Shown: one piece after another, positions 34,359 through 45,580 of the stretch | How positions within the stretch are numbered: position 1 is the stretch's first letter | How the letters are laid out: the number at the start of each line of letters is the position of its first letter | NCBI GenBank assembly: GCA_032718475.1 | Contig: JAUCBJ010000011.1 | Span: forward strand, 1-64,000 | DNA from: Nemertoderma westbladi | Taxonomy: Eukaryota > Animalia > Xenacoelomorpha | DNA length: 64,000 nt | Direction of reading: 5' to 3' | Notes under the pieces: generated by a model | Told to the model about the DNA's origin: nothing | Database searches by the model: none | Seen by the model: the letters and a program-made list of their open reading frames with translations, nothing else | Made by a program: the position numbers and the translations under genes

Positions 34359-37300
34359 ATGGTGAGAAAAGTGGGTGTTCCACAGAAGGTAGCAACTAAT
34401 GATTCTCCACTGGGGAACAGATATTCATGGGGCTTTCTCTGCCCTCCCGGATGTAGTTCCAATACTTCTGATACAACTGAGAAGTCATTCAACTGCAATA
34501 TAGATGGTTCAGATAGCGGTTGTGTGAGCGTGGCTCGTTCCAAAACAACTGAGAGGTCATCCAACTCCAATGTAGATGGTTCAGATAGCGGTAGTGTGGG
34601 TGTGGTTCGTTCCAATAAAACTGAGAGATCATCCTCTGATGTAGTTGTGACTTCTTCGCAGTACAGATCTGATGTGATTCCAAGTGTTTCTACATCTATT
34701 ATACCTGATGATGGCAGTTATGTTCTCGTCCTTATGGTTTCTGCTGACCACACTCTACTGGATACAGTCTACCCGTTTGGTTCGTTTGACTTGCATTTTT
34801 GTGATAACAGTAGGGATAATGTTGTATTTGATATTGAAACATGCGCAAACATTGATTTCTGTCTCTATGTCCCTAATGATAAATTCAATGACGGTGTCAG
34901 TGATAAAGATTCTACATTGGATTGTATATTAAAGTCTGTAACATCTAATGGAGGTGATAGAGATGGGATGCTGTATTATTATTGTACACCAACTTGTCAT
35001 TTGCGTTTATTAAGAGTTATTGCTGCTATCCAAAAACAAAATCAGAGTTTAGTTATTCTTCAAATAATTTTAGATAAAAGTGATTCACAATTACATTCAG
35101 CCATGTCTTGCAAAGTAACTGTTTCATTACTAAAGAGTTCGGTTCACTATCAGGTTGATTTTAATTCTTCCCTTCAACCTAATAAATTATGGCATTCAAT
35201 TTATTTTGATTTAATTTGCGGTTTTATTGTTGGATGTGATGAAAAGTGCATGGAAACTCTGACAAAGAAATCAGGAATATCATCTGTTTCCTTAGATCTT
35301 GATTCAACCTATAGAATTGTTCAGTCGATGGTAACATTCCGACCACAATCGGAAGATATTAATTTAGACTCAGAGCTTCACAAGTTGGGATTTCTTTCTC
35401 AGCTTCGTCCTTATCAGAAAGATTCGGTTCTTTGGTTGTTTGATCGCGAGAAAAACCTCGATGATAAATTGGAAGTCCATCCCAACTGGATGGAGTTGCC
35501 TTTATTGAATGGTTGTAAGTTGTGGTGCAATCCGTGGTTGGGTTGGTTAACTGCAGACCAACCTCAGATGAAGTGTGCTGTTTCTGGTGGAATATTGGCA
35601 GATGATATGGGCCTTGGGAAATCTGCCGAGATTCTAGCCCTTGTGTTATTAAATAAACGTATTGACTATTTGGAATTTCCTTCTGCGATTGGGGATAAAT
35701 ATGAATGTGAAACTGGCAATAGGCCTAATGTCAACGAAGAAGTGATAACTGACATACCGGTAGTTGATAATGAGATTATTATGCTTGGTGATAAGGGAAT
35801 TGAAACTCAAGTTTTTAACGTTGATGACAATTACAAGGAGGAGTATATTGGCAATGGTAGAAAGCGAAAACTATCATTGGATAATCAACAACATAGCAAA
35901 ACAAAAGAAAAATCGAGAAAAACCTCAACCTATAATGCAAAATACCAGGATTATCTGGTTGAACTAAGTAAATACTCATTGGCTAACTATGCCTCCCAGG
36001 CTACTGGCACCTTACCAGAGTCTAAGTATTTATTATCTTGTTCTTGTGGCGGCCAGAGTATGTGTAATCTTTTAACCTGTATATTTTGCAAGTCTGAACA
36101 TCATTCCAAGTGTGTGAACTGGGACTCTAGCAAACTAAAGTTATCTGAGTACCTCTGTCCAAAGTGTTGTGTCTCTCAGGGGAAGGTCATAAAATCCCGA
36201 GCCACTTTAATTATAGCTCCCCATACAATCAGCAACCAGTGGCTGTACGAAGTAAATAAACACACCTCTAACTTGGATGTCTTTATTTACTTGGGAGTTT
36301 TTAGCCATGGCTTTTTACAACCGAAATTACTAGCCAATAATGATGTAATTATTGTGACGTACGAGGTACTTAAAATGGAATTGAACCATGCGAATATTTC
36401 CTCATGGGATGACAAACGACTGAGACATGGAAAGAAGTATGCCTTTGATCCATCTCCGCTCCTTTGCATTCAGTTCTGGAGAATTTGTCTTGACGAGGCT
36501 CAAATGATAGAGTGTCCTACGGCTCTTGTCTCCCAGATGTGCAACAAACTCCACTCGGTACATCGCTGGTGTGTGTCGGGAACACCACTCCAGAAGTCCA
36601 TAGATGACCTGTTTGGGTTGCTGGTGTTCCTCGGATGCCAACCCTATAACGATAAGTTCTGGTTTGACATTCATCTGTTAACACCATTTCAGAACGGTAA
36701 TCATCAACCTATGATCAAACTGTGTTCCAATCTTATTTGGCGAACAAATAAAAGTGACGTTCTTGATCAACTCGGGATCCCCAAACAACATTTTATTACA
36801 GAATCATTAAAATTCTCTCCTATCGAGAATCATTTTTATCAGCGGACTAAAGAGTCATGTTGCCAAGAGGCACATGGAAGTCTAACAAAGATAGAAGGTA
36901 AAGATCTGTCAGAGGTAGATAGACATACTCAATGCGTCATAATGAAACCTTTAATTCGTTTGAGACAAGCATGTGTCCATCCACAGATAGTTCGCGGTGA
37001 ATTTGTTTCAATTGATAAAACTACAATGTCAATGGAAGATGTCCTGGATAGTTTGAGGAGTAAATGCGAGACAGAGAGTGAGGAAGGGTTACGTGGAGTT
37101 ATTTCTGGTATAAATGGGCAGGCTGCCCTATCAGCATTACAGGGAGATATACCCACGGCTGTTGAGCAGTACAGGAACGTTCTACATGTATCCAATGAAT
37201 TCCTAGTTACAAATGGCATTCGAATGGATCCTTTACAAAAGATCCACTCCCTCTACAATCTCCATGTACTTATAAACGATGGAGATAACCAGGCATTAAA

Positions 37301-39011
37301 CCTCCCTAGGACGTTACATGATGACAGTTTATTTGACGATGTTGAGAAACTTAAACTTGAATACCTTAATGATGCTGACACAGTCATCAATCTATCAGAT
37401 GCGTTACTCAAAGAGATCAATCAGGCCATTGTGGATGCCATTCCAAATGAAAGCAAAGACTGGTGGATAGAATTCCTAATGCATGTCAGCCAAACTAATC
37501 AGTTCTATGAGCTCATGAACAAGATTAAATCGCAAATGCCGGACTGCAAACTGCCTACTACTAATCAGGGATTGACCATTTGGATTCAGAGTAAACTTAA
37601 TAAACTGTATGAGACTCGAAACCATCTATTGAAAAAGCTATACTCATTACCCATTAACCCATCCAGTGATGTAGTAGATGTGGCTCATTTCTGCCATCTT
37701 TTAGCGGATGATCGTCCCAAAGGTAACTGTGTTTATTGCGTGGCTGATGATGTAATGCTAGATTACGCGGGTCTTCTGTTTGCGGATAGTGAACATGGCA
37801 AGAACTTTGCAGTTTCATCAACAACTGAAGGGGAATCTCTTGTAATGAACTATGGGAAGGGGAAACATAAGATTAGCCATGGTGTTTGGAAGAGCTCGTT
37901 GGTAATAAGGGTCCTTTCAGTTTTGTCTCAGTTTATTAAAGGGAGTCAGTTCAAGGACCTTAAGCTTGTTAGTAAATCTCATACAAATATGTTCGAATTA
38001 TATCGGAAAGAGTTCAGAATTCTCCATAAACATTGGCGAAATTTACGAGATAAAGTAGCGGCCGTTGACGAGATTAATATGGCGATGTCTCGATATAGGT
38101 TGGCCAGTTTGGAGGATGAGAATCAACCTAGAAATCCGTACGTCTTACAAACCCACGAGTTGGACGTGATGATGTTGAAATTCCAGTCAGATGAAATGAC
38201 AAGTTATTCATTGTTACGCAGGAAATTGGGACAGTTAAAGTTTTTGAGACGGTTGGAGAAGAAATCCGGAGAATTCGGTAGCAACGATGATCCTTGCCCT
38301 GTTTGTCAGGTGGAATTGGGAGTGGCATGGGCTGTGCTATCCTGTGGACATTGCTTCTGTCACAACTGCAGCGGAGTTCTAGTCACTAAGAGTTCAAATA
38401 TTAAATGCCCCGTCTGTCGAGAGATGACGAAATTCAACGAAATTTCCTATGCGACAACAGAGCCTATAAATCCAGCAGCTGCTGAGATGAACGGTAATGA
38501 TATTGTGGGGAGTTGGTCCACTAAAGTTTTACACATTATTAAGACAGTTAAGGAAATTATTGCCCAAGACAACACGAGTAAATGTATAATATTTTCCACT
38601 TGGCCTGATGTGTTGAAGTTGCTCGCATCTGCCTTCTCAACTAATAATATCAAACATTGCCGAGTTTCTCGTGGTGATAAAAAGTTTGTTGATCAGTTGG
38701 AGCATTGGAAACGAGATTCTAGAAATCCTGTTATATTCCTACCAGTTCAAAACGGTGCTAAAGGACTTAATATATTAGAAGCTACGCACATTATACTTGT
38801 AGAGCCGTTGTTAAGTCTTTCGGAAGAGAACCAAGCTGTAGGAAGAATCCATCGCATAGGCCAAGTGAAAGAGACTTTCGTTTATAAGTTTATTTTAGGA
38901 AGCACGGTCGAAGAGAGAATATCGCACCTAGTCAATTCCGTTTCGCATTCCGTAAATAAACGTAAATCAGTTTTGATAACAAAAGATCAACTAACGCAGC
39001 TCCTGGAATGA
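34359..39011 (+). CDS. SHPRH: SHPRH E3 ubiquitin ligase / SNF2 ATPase, single-exon CDS (1550 aa)
   Basis: LRPYQ, GGILADDMGLGKS, a PHD finger inserted in the ATPase, WRICLDEAQ, RWCVSGTP, RLRQACVHPQ, C3HC4 RING (CPVC..CGHCFC..CPVC), GSWSTK, QAVGRIHRIGQ. True start codon uncertain. Confidence 0.93.
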   Translation: MVRKVGVPQKVATNDSPLGNRYSWGFLCPPGCSSNTSDTTEKSFNCNIDGSDSGCVSVARSKTTERSSNSNVDGSDSGSVGVVRSNKTERSSSDVVVTSSQYRSDVIPSVSTSIIPDDGSYVLVLMVSADHTLLDTVYPFGSFDLHFCDNSRDNVVFDIETCANIDFCLYVPNDKFNDGVSDKDSTLDCILKSVTSNGGDRDGMLYYYCTPTCHLRLLRVIAAIQKQNQSLVILQIILDKSDSQLHSAMSCKVTVSLLKSSVHYQVDFNSSLQPNKLWHSIYFDLICGFIVGCDEKCMETLTKKSGISSVSLDLDSTYRIVQSMVTFRPQSEDINLDSELHKLGFLSQLRPYQKDSVLWLFDREKNLDDKLEVHPNWMELPLLNGCKLWCNPWLGWLTADQPQMKCAVSGGILADDMGLGKSAEILALVLLNKRIDYLEFPSAIGDKYECETGNRPNVNEEVITDIPVVDNEIIMLGDKGIETQVFNVDDNYKEEYIGNGRKRKLSLDNQQHSKTKEKSRKTSTYNAKYQDYLVELSKYSLANYASQATGTLPESKYLLSCSCGGQSMCNLLTCIFCKSEHHSKCVNWDSSKLKLSEYLCPKCCVSQGKVIKSRATLIIAPHTISNQWLYEVNKHTSNLDVFIYLGVFSHGFLQPKLLANNDVIIVTYEVLKMELNHANISSWDDKRLRHGKKYAFDPSPLLCIQFWRICLDEAQMIECPTALVSQMCNKLHSVHRWCVSGTPLQKSIDDLFGLLVFLGCQPYNDKFWFDIHLLTPFQNGNHQPMIKLCSNLIWRTNKSDVLDQLGIPKQHFITESLKFSPIENHFYQRTKESCCQEAHGSLTKIEGKDLSEVDRHTQCVIMKPLIRLRQACVHPQIVRGEFVSIDKTTMSMEDVLDSLRSKCETESEEGLRGVISGINGQAALSALQGDIPTAVEQYRNVLHVSNEFLVTNGIRMDPLQKIHSLYNLHVLINDGDNQALNLPRTLHDDSLFDDVEKLKLEYLNDADTVINLSDALLKEINQAIVDAIPNESKDWWIEFLMHVSQTNQFYELMNKIKSQMPDCKLPTTNQGLTIWIQSKLNKLYETRNHLLKKLYSLPINPSSDVVDVAHFCHLLADDRPKGNCVYCVADDVMLDYAGLLFADSEHGKNFAVSSTTEGESLVMNYGKGKHKISHGVWKSSLVIRVLSVLSQFIKGSQFKDLKLVSKSHTNMFELYRKEFRILHKHWRNLRDKVAAVDEINMAMSRYRLASLEDENQPRNPYVLQTHELDVMMLKFQSDEMTSYSLLRRKLGQLKFLRRLEKKSGEFGSNDDPCPVCQVELGVAWAVLSCGHCFCHNCSGVLVTKSSNIKCPVCREMTKFNEISYATTEPINPAAAEMNGNDIVGSWSTKVLHIIKTVKEIIAQDNTSKCIIFSTWPDVLKLLASAFSTNNIKHCRVSRGDKKFVDQLEHWKRDSRNPVIFLPVQNGAKGLNILEATHIILVEPLLSLSEENQAVGRIHRIGQVKETFVYKFILGSTVEERISHLVNSVSHSVNKRKSVLITKDQLTQLLE

Positions 39012-39187
39012 CAAGTATCATTTCCAAACGAAGCAAACAGGTTGGGCGGGTTTGTCTTCCATGTTGGTCGTAATTCCATTATTGTTTACTTATGTGACTT
39101 ATGTATTAAAAAACATCAGCTTGAACTTTAGTTTGCTTAAATTTGGCCAGAGGTTTCCATAGAAATACAGCTATTCCTTTTCCAGAA

Positions 39188-39244
39188 CGAGACTGGCACC
39201 ACACGTACACGAGACTGGCACCACACGTACACGAGACTGGCACT
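39188..39244. repeat. 22-bp tandem repeat x2.5
   Basis: acgagactggcaccacacgtac repeated. Confidence 0.8.
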
Positions 39245-39308
39245 TAAAGAGAGACTTTTTATTCAAAGTTGAAGTCAATTAATTTTGACCTTTTAATAAT
39301 TGCCTAAT

Positions 39309-41171
39309 GGGGTAGACGACTCGGAAAATTTTTTTCGAGTTTTCGTTGGTTTCATGTGAAAGAGCATGTGAAAAAACCCCAGAGAGCAATTTTACTTCAA
39401 AAAAAATAATATTGGCCGAGTTATAGCGATTTTAAAACGCAAAATTAGCAACATCGAAAAATCAGGCCGTTTTAGAAAACTGCACTAGTGACGTCACTAG
39501 TGCAGCAGTAAATGTTCATTGGTTACTATACAATATAAATCTCTTAGTAACTAAAATAAATTGTGTAGCTAATATTTATTTAGTGTGTTTTTGTGTTGTG
39601 TTAAGAATACATTATTTGATATCTTAATGTGGAAATTGATTCATGACAAGTTAATTATTCCAGAATAATAATTATTTTTCCCAAACTATACAGTGGTTAG
39701 CTATAAAAATAAAACATATTTTGTAGCTAAAACTGCCAGGTGGTAGAAATCCAGTAGCTTATTGATGTTTTATTAAGCTTCAAAACTTAGATTACGGATT
39801 CGGATACGGATTGTGGATTCGCACTTTTTCGATCGCAATTATTTTTATACAAGTTAAATTATTGAATTCCAAAAAGCATTGATAGTTAGTCCATGTAGCT
39901 GTAATGGATGACGTAGTATCTTCAGCTGCCATCTCAATACAATCAGCATTAATCAGAATTTAGTTGAACTATAACTACTGTATAATTTACATTTTTTAAT
40001 TATCTACTTTTTCACAATTTTGGGAAATATATATTCCTTCCAGAAGCTACTACTACTTTTCAGTAAAGTTTGCATGTATATGGAATCATATTATGATACT
40101 TCAACTATTTTCACTTCGCCATTTATTTCAAAAGATGGATCTGCGACGCTAAACAAGGCCCATTGTTTATTGCAAAGATGCATTTGAAGTTGGATTTGTT
40201 ACATGAATTTAGCGCTTACGATATTCGATTGTGTAAGATAAGATTTTTGAATGGCATGTTTTGATGTTGGACATTTTACTTCTACCACATGCGTTGGTTT
40301 AATGGCATCTGAAATGGCATCAAAAAATAAGATTTTGTGGTATTTTATAAAAACACTAGCTACAATATTAAAACAGTACATACCATTGAAAACAATAGCT
40401 ACCACAAACATTTGTTTTCATTTTCTTTAAAACATTTTTTTTTTTCACATGTAACTCGCCAAAATATGTCAAGAACATAAACCAATAGCCCAAAACATTA
40501 TGTTTTGGTATTTTTTGGTATTTTGATATTTTTGGATGTCAAACCAAAAAACAGCTATTATGAAAGGCAGAGAATAATGGTGACACAGGCAACACTAGTA
40601 CCAGTAACACTTTACAGTGAACTGACAAAAAATCTAAATAATTTCCATCTAGTGCTAATCTTCCCATCCCGCATTGTTCGCTGTAAAAACAATAAAAAAA
40701 TAGATTAATGAAACGCCTGGCAGTATTTAGCTAGCTATATTTGTTTCTAGCTACAGCTATACGGTACAGGTATGGGCGAAATAAATATTATTCTAGAATA
40801 ATTAACTTGATATGAATAATTTGCCTCCATACCGCTATCCTATAATCGATTCTTAACACAACACAAATACACATCCAAATAAATACATAGCTACATTTAT
40901 TATTTGTTTTATTTTAGATACTGCAATATTATACTTTATATTAGCCAATCAACTGCGCTTGACAACTGTTGCTGTGTTATGGCTGACGTCACTCGTGCAG
41001 TTTTCTGAAACGGCCTGATTTTTCGATGTTGCTAATTTTGCGTTTTAAAATTGCTATAACTCGGCCAATATTAATTTTTTTGAAGTAAAATTGCTCTCTG
41101 GGGTTTTTTCACGTGCTCTTTCACATGAAACCAACGAAAACTCGAAAAAAAATTTCCGAGTCGTCTACCCC
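39309..41171 (-). mobile_element. Internally deleted ISL2EU-like (PIF/Harbinger-related) DNA transposon
   Basis: ~190-bp TIRs GGGGTAGACGACTCGGAAA...; AT on both flanks; internal YqaJ-like exonuclease relic. Confidence 0.78.
40012..40340 (-). pseudogene. YqaJ/lambda-exonuclease-like fragment
   Basis: DAISDAI..VVEVKCP..KFM*QIQLQMH..FSVADPSFE..VS*YD..FWKEYIFPK, with two in-frame stops. Confidence 0.75.
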
Positions 41172-41409
41172 ATTTTACTAACTAAAATTAATAATTATGC
41201 GATCTCTTATCTGTTATTTTACTATTCACACATATTTGTACTAAATCTTGCGATTATTTTTCCTTCTATTTTAACATAGTGTTAATGTAATTTGTTTATA
41301 ATTGTATTTTGTTAGAGTGCAGTTTATCCATTAATATTATAGTATTGATTAATTAATTAGGAACCTGCTGTAATTGAAGTTCATATATTTCCATAATATT
41401 AAATTTCTA

Positions 41410-42230
41410 GGTACTAGTGTGTTTTGTGCACCCCCCCCCCCCTCACCCCTCTCAAATTTTTTATACTAGCTAGTTTATGTTACTTATTTTTAAAAAATGT
41501 TCTAGAACATATTGTCTATTCATTTTTTTTATTAATTTTGTTCTAGAAAAAATAATTGTTGGAACAAAATTAATTAATTAGGTATTTTTGAAGTTATCAA
41601 AGCTAGTTTTTTGATTTTATGTTTTTAATGTTCTAGAACATTTCGTCTTTTCATTTTTGTAAAAAGTAATGTTCTAGAACAAATATTTTTTGTTCTAGAA
41701 CATTACAAAAAAATGTTATTTTGTGGTGTTTTTTATTTGATTAGTAAGTGTTAAAAACAATTACTAAAAAAAAGCCATGATACACCACAGAAGCGGCGAG
41801 CGGCAGCGGCCGCGACCACATTTTAAAAATAGAACACATTATTTTCTATGGGTGATGATACACCACAAATGGCCGCTCGCGGCTCCTATGGTGTATCATA
41901 CTAAAAGTCGCCGCTCACATCAGCCGCTCGCCGCGGCCGCTCGCCGCTGTCTGTGGTGTATCATGGCCTTAACAACTATAAATTTTCATTGTAGCTAGTG
42001 ATTTTTATTAAAATTTGATAATACAAAGATAACACTGAATAAAAAATTACCAAAATTTACAAATTAGCTAGTTTTTTTGTTCTAGAACAAATAATATTTG
42101 TTCCAGAACAACATTTTTATATTTAAATGAATAGATAATATGCTCTAGAACATTTTCTTTTAAAAAGTAACAAAAACTAGCTAGTATAGGGGGGGGGGGG
42201 GGGGGGGGTGCACAAAAATACACTAGTACC
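41410..42230. mobile_element. MITE-like element with poly-C/poly-G-containing inverted ends
   Basis: ggtactagtgtgttttgtgcaccccc...tatactagctagttt is inverted at 42175-42230; internal ttctagaac repeats. Confidence 0.65.
41773..41968. mobile_element. Harbinger/Tourist-like MITE nested in the previous element
   Basis: TIR GCCATGATACACCACAG / CTGTGGTGTATCATGGC, followed by TTA on the right. Confidence 0.7.
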
Positions 42231-42289
42231 AAATTACTATTTGTGTAATGTGTTGTAATTATTATATGGCACTTACAACTGTAAAAACA

Positions 42290-42700
42290 CAACAAGGTGG
42301 CAGGCCTGGCGGGATCACGGTCCTACTTCCATGAGAACAATACACAACAGTAGGCCTACTGCAGTACAGCAATACTGTAGTACTACAGTTACAGTTACAT
42401 GTAACAACTACAAAATTCAAATTTCTCGCTTTCTAATGCTAATTCAAAAATTGTTTACCCTAATAATCGCGCTCGCATTGCACAAATATCATCTCAAAAC
42501 CTAATTTTCTGTATGAGCCGTCCTCATGCTAACGTCAGGCTAACGCTTGTCCAAATTTCGTTTCAATATATATATATATATTATATAACGGAGATATCGC
42601 TCTGGACACACACACCCCAAATCACCCCAATAAACACCCACACAAACACCTACACAGTATGGTAATAATGGTCACTTATTTCAATAGGACCGTGAACTAA
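42290..42700 (+). mobile_element. Possible Helentron-associated (HINE/DINE-like) element
   Basis: Subterminal inverted repeats TCACGGTCCTA / TAGGACCGTGA with a CA-rich microsatellite before the 3' copy. Confidence 0.4.
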
Positions 42701-42814
42701 TATTTTATATTTATCAAAATAACACTGGCATAGTTACTGAGCGGGAAATTTAAAAGCATTACAGTTTTTTGTTAGGCTGCCACTCTGTGTTCTGTAAGTT
42801 CCGTAGGGTGCTAG

Positions 42815-43863
42815 CAAGGTGCACTAAATAACAGGTCATGCAGCGAGCGAATTGCTGAAATTAGCGGAGGCCAATCTTTCCATATTTATGGCACTATTTT
42901 CATAATATTTCCTTAGAAACTTCGAATGTGCTACTTTTGTTAGGTGGATATAATGACTATAATTCATAGAAATGTAATAAAAAATGTTTCTTGAATTTTT
43001 ATCTTGTAGTTGCCAAGGTAACCGGGTGCAAAGTTCAAACTTTGCGCGTCTGTAATTCAAGACGATAATGGATTCTGTTCTTGAGATTTGGTATATTAGT
43101 AAAGGGAATAAAAGTCTCAGAATATTTCACATTTGAATTTGTTTACATACCCGTTGCCATGGTAATAAGTACAATGACAAATCTGAATAAAAGTCTACCA
43201 AATCTATGTAACACCATTTTTATTCGGCTTGTCAGTCAAAATAGTAAGTTAATATTGCCAACATTTTATTTTATAAATCATAAATTGTGAATGACAGTTA
43301 TGAGGGTCAAAATGTGACAATAACCAAAACTGTCCAATCAGATATAAAGACTTGTTGACAGCATGATTTTTACATTCCAGAATATTAAATTTCGGTTTGG
43401 AATTATTAGAAACAAACAAAGGACAGCCACCAGGCATGTCAGACGCAAATGAGATAAATAGTAGACAAATTTCTCACTGGCGAGCATAATGGCAAATTAT
43501 CGTAATACCAATCACCATGGAAACGGGTTTGAAAAAAAAAATAATGTAAAATATTCTGATAGACTTTTATTCCCTTTACTCATATACCAAATCTCAAGAA
43601 GAATTTCCATTATCGTCTTGAATTACAGACGCGCAAAGTTTGAACTTTGCACCCGGTTACCTTGGCAACTACAAGATAAAAATTCCAGAAACACATTTTA
43701 TTACATTTCTATAAACCGTAGTCATCATATTCACCTAACCAAAGTAGCACATAGGAAGTTTCTAAGGAAATATTATGAAAAAAGTGCCATAAATATGGAA
43801 AGATCGGCCTCCGCTAATTTCAGCAATTCGCTCGCTGCATGACCTGTTATTTAGTATACCTTG
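42815..43863. mobile_element. P-element-like MITE with ~340-bp TIRs
   Basis: Termini CAAGG...CCTTG; 8-bp TSD GGTGCTAG at 42807-42814 and 43864-43871. Confidence 0.85.
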
Positions 43864-44709
43864 GGTGCTAGCCAATGGGCGGCGTTGCCTCTGTATCCGA
43901 GTTTACAATCAGCATGGATGAAACACCGCTTAATTGGTGCATTAAATATACACAATTCAAAAACACCGCAACTGACAGACTTGCGGTGTTTTGTAATTGT
44001 GACATTTTTTTTGCATTGTATCGAATGTATTTTTACATACAGGTTGTATAATGCAAAAACACCGTAAGTTCAAAAAATAATCCTGAATTCAAAATATTAA
44101 TGAAAAGTGAAAAAAAGTCACGTAGGAGAATTTCGCTCCCCCAATTGCGTCATAAGTGTTATAAAAAATTAGTAATTTACGGAAATTTTGAACCAACAAT
44201 CCGAAGGCAAACACTAATTTGCGTTTTACTCGAAAGGACTTTTTTTTACTTACGGTCTCGCACGTCCCTCTAACCCACCACAGCAACCCAATTAGTGTTA
44301 CTCTTTCACTCCCTACGGCTACACTACAATCCAGTAATGAGTGTTCCTGTTTCCCCACCCCCGCCACTTAAACAATAATGGTTAACTTTAAATATTAAAT
44401 ATCTAGAGGGCGCCGTTTCCTTTTAATAAATACTAATAAATAAATTAACTACACAAACAAATGGTGTATTGCGGGGTAAGTTAAACAATATCAATATAAA
44501 ATAGGAGTAACCATAAATAAAGTAAAATATCATAATATATGACTTCGGAGCCCCTAAAGTTACCTTAGTTCGTGTCTACTACTGTATCTATGTTAATTGG
44601 TTACTGTACCTTAGTATACCGGTACTGTATTTTAGTTCAACATATTATTATCCCATTGAATAGCCTTGATCTCAGAAAATGGTTAAACTCGTTCGTGTAA
44701 GCCTAACTA

Positions 44710-45415
44710 AATGATTATTACGCAAGATTACTAAGGGCAGCCCTAAACATCAGCTCGGGACAACCCGGGTCTATGGTTACAATACCACTGTATCAACCAC
44801 CCTCCGTGAACGCAGATTAAGATTCAGTGGGCACATCTGGAGAAGTAGAGACGAGGCCATACCACCAGCCGGTTGCACCAAGCTCCACTAACTACTTAGT
44901 GCCACTAACCGCTTAGGGTGGTGATAGTGGCACTAACTTCTCACTAACACTTACGTTAGTGCCAGTTTACCCACTACCTGACCACACTAAGCTGAATTAT
45001 AGTACTGTAGGCCTACTAATTGATGGTCCCGCGTTCGTTTTAAATACAGTATATAGTATAAATATGAATAATCCGCCGACGGCAACCTTTAAGCTAGATA
45101 ATGAAACCCAGAAGATTAGCGACCGGAATATTCCGACATGTTGAATTCCGGCCGGAATTAAAATATCGATTCCGGGACATCCCAACACTACAGCACTAAG
45201 CGTTTAGTGGAGCTTGGTGCAACCGGCTGCAGATCTACTTTTCTGGCAACCAACTCATGGAAAGTGTAGTCGTGCACAACCGGCTATAACATATATATAC
45301 CAGCTTGAAAGGGATACTGAACTTGGGAGAAACGAAATTGCGACAACTATGGAGAATCGGGAAGCCTGGAAGGATCTCATTTCCACTGTCCGAACACGCT
45401 CGACCTTGTTCTAGT
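44710..45415 (+). mobile_element. Decayed RTE LINE 3' fragment split by a MITE
   Basis: RLLRAALNIS..RERRLRFSGHIWR | DLLFWQPTHG..TYIYQL..MENREAW; similar to the C-terminus of 28555-29570. Confidence 0.7.
44866..45229. mobile_element. MITE with 26-bp TIRs (Harbinger-related)
   Basis: CAGCCGGTTGCACCAAGCTCCACTAA / TTAGTGGAGCTTGGTGCAACCGGCTG; interrupts the RTE frame. Confidence 0.78.
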
Positions 45416-45580
45416 ACTAGTGAATCATTTATATCTCTCGCGAGTTTACTTTATTACTTTTTCGCGAGATTAATTAATTAATACCTTACCGATACTAAGT
45501 GTGCCACTTTAGGGGTTCCGCACATATCGAACGAGCCTTCTTACCAATAAATATCGAGTTTTATATGTTTAATTTATTAA

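Noticed and set aside
42836-43842. Pair of similar small ORFs on opposite strands
   Set aside because: They are the two arms of the P-like MITE TIRs.
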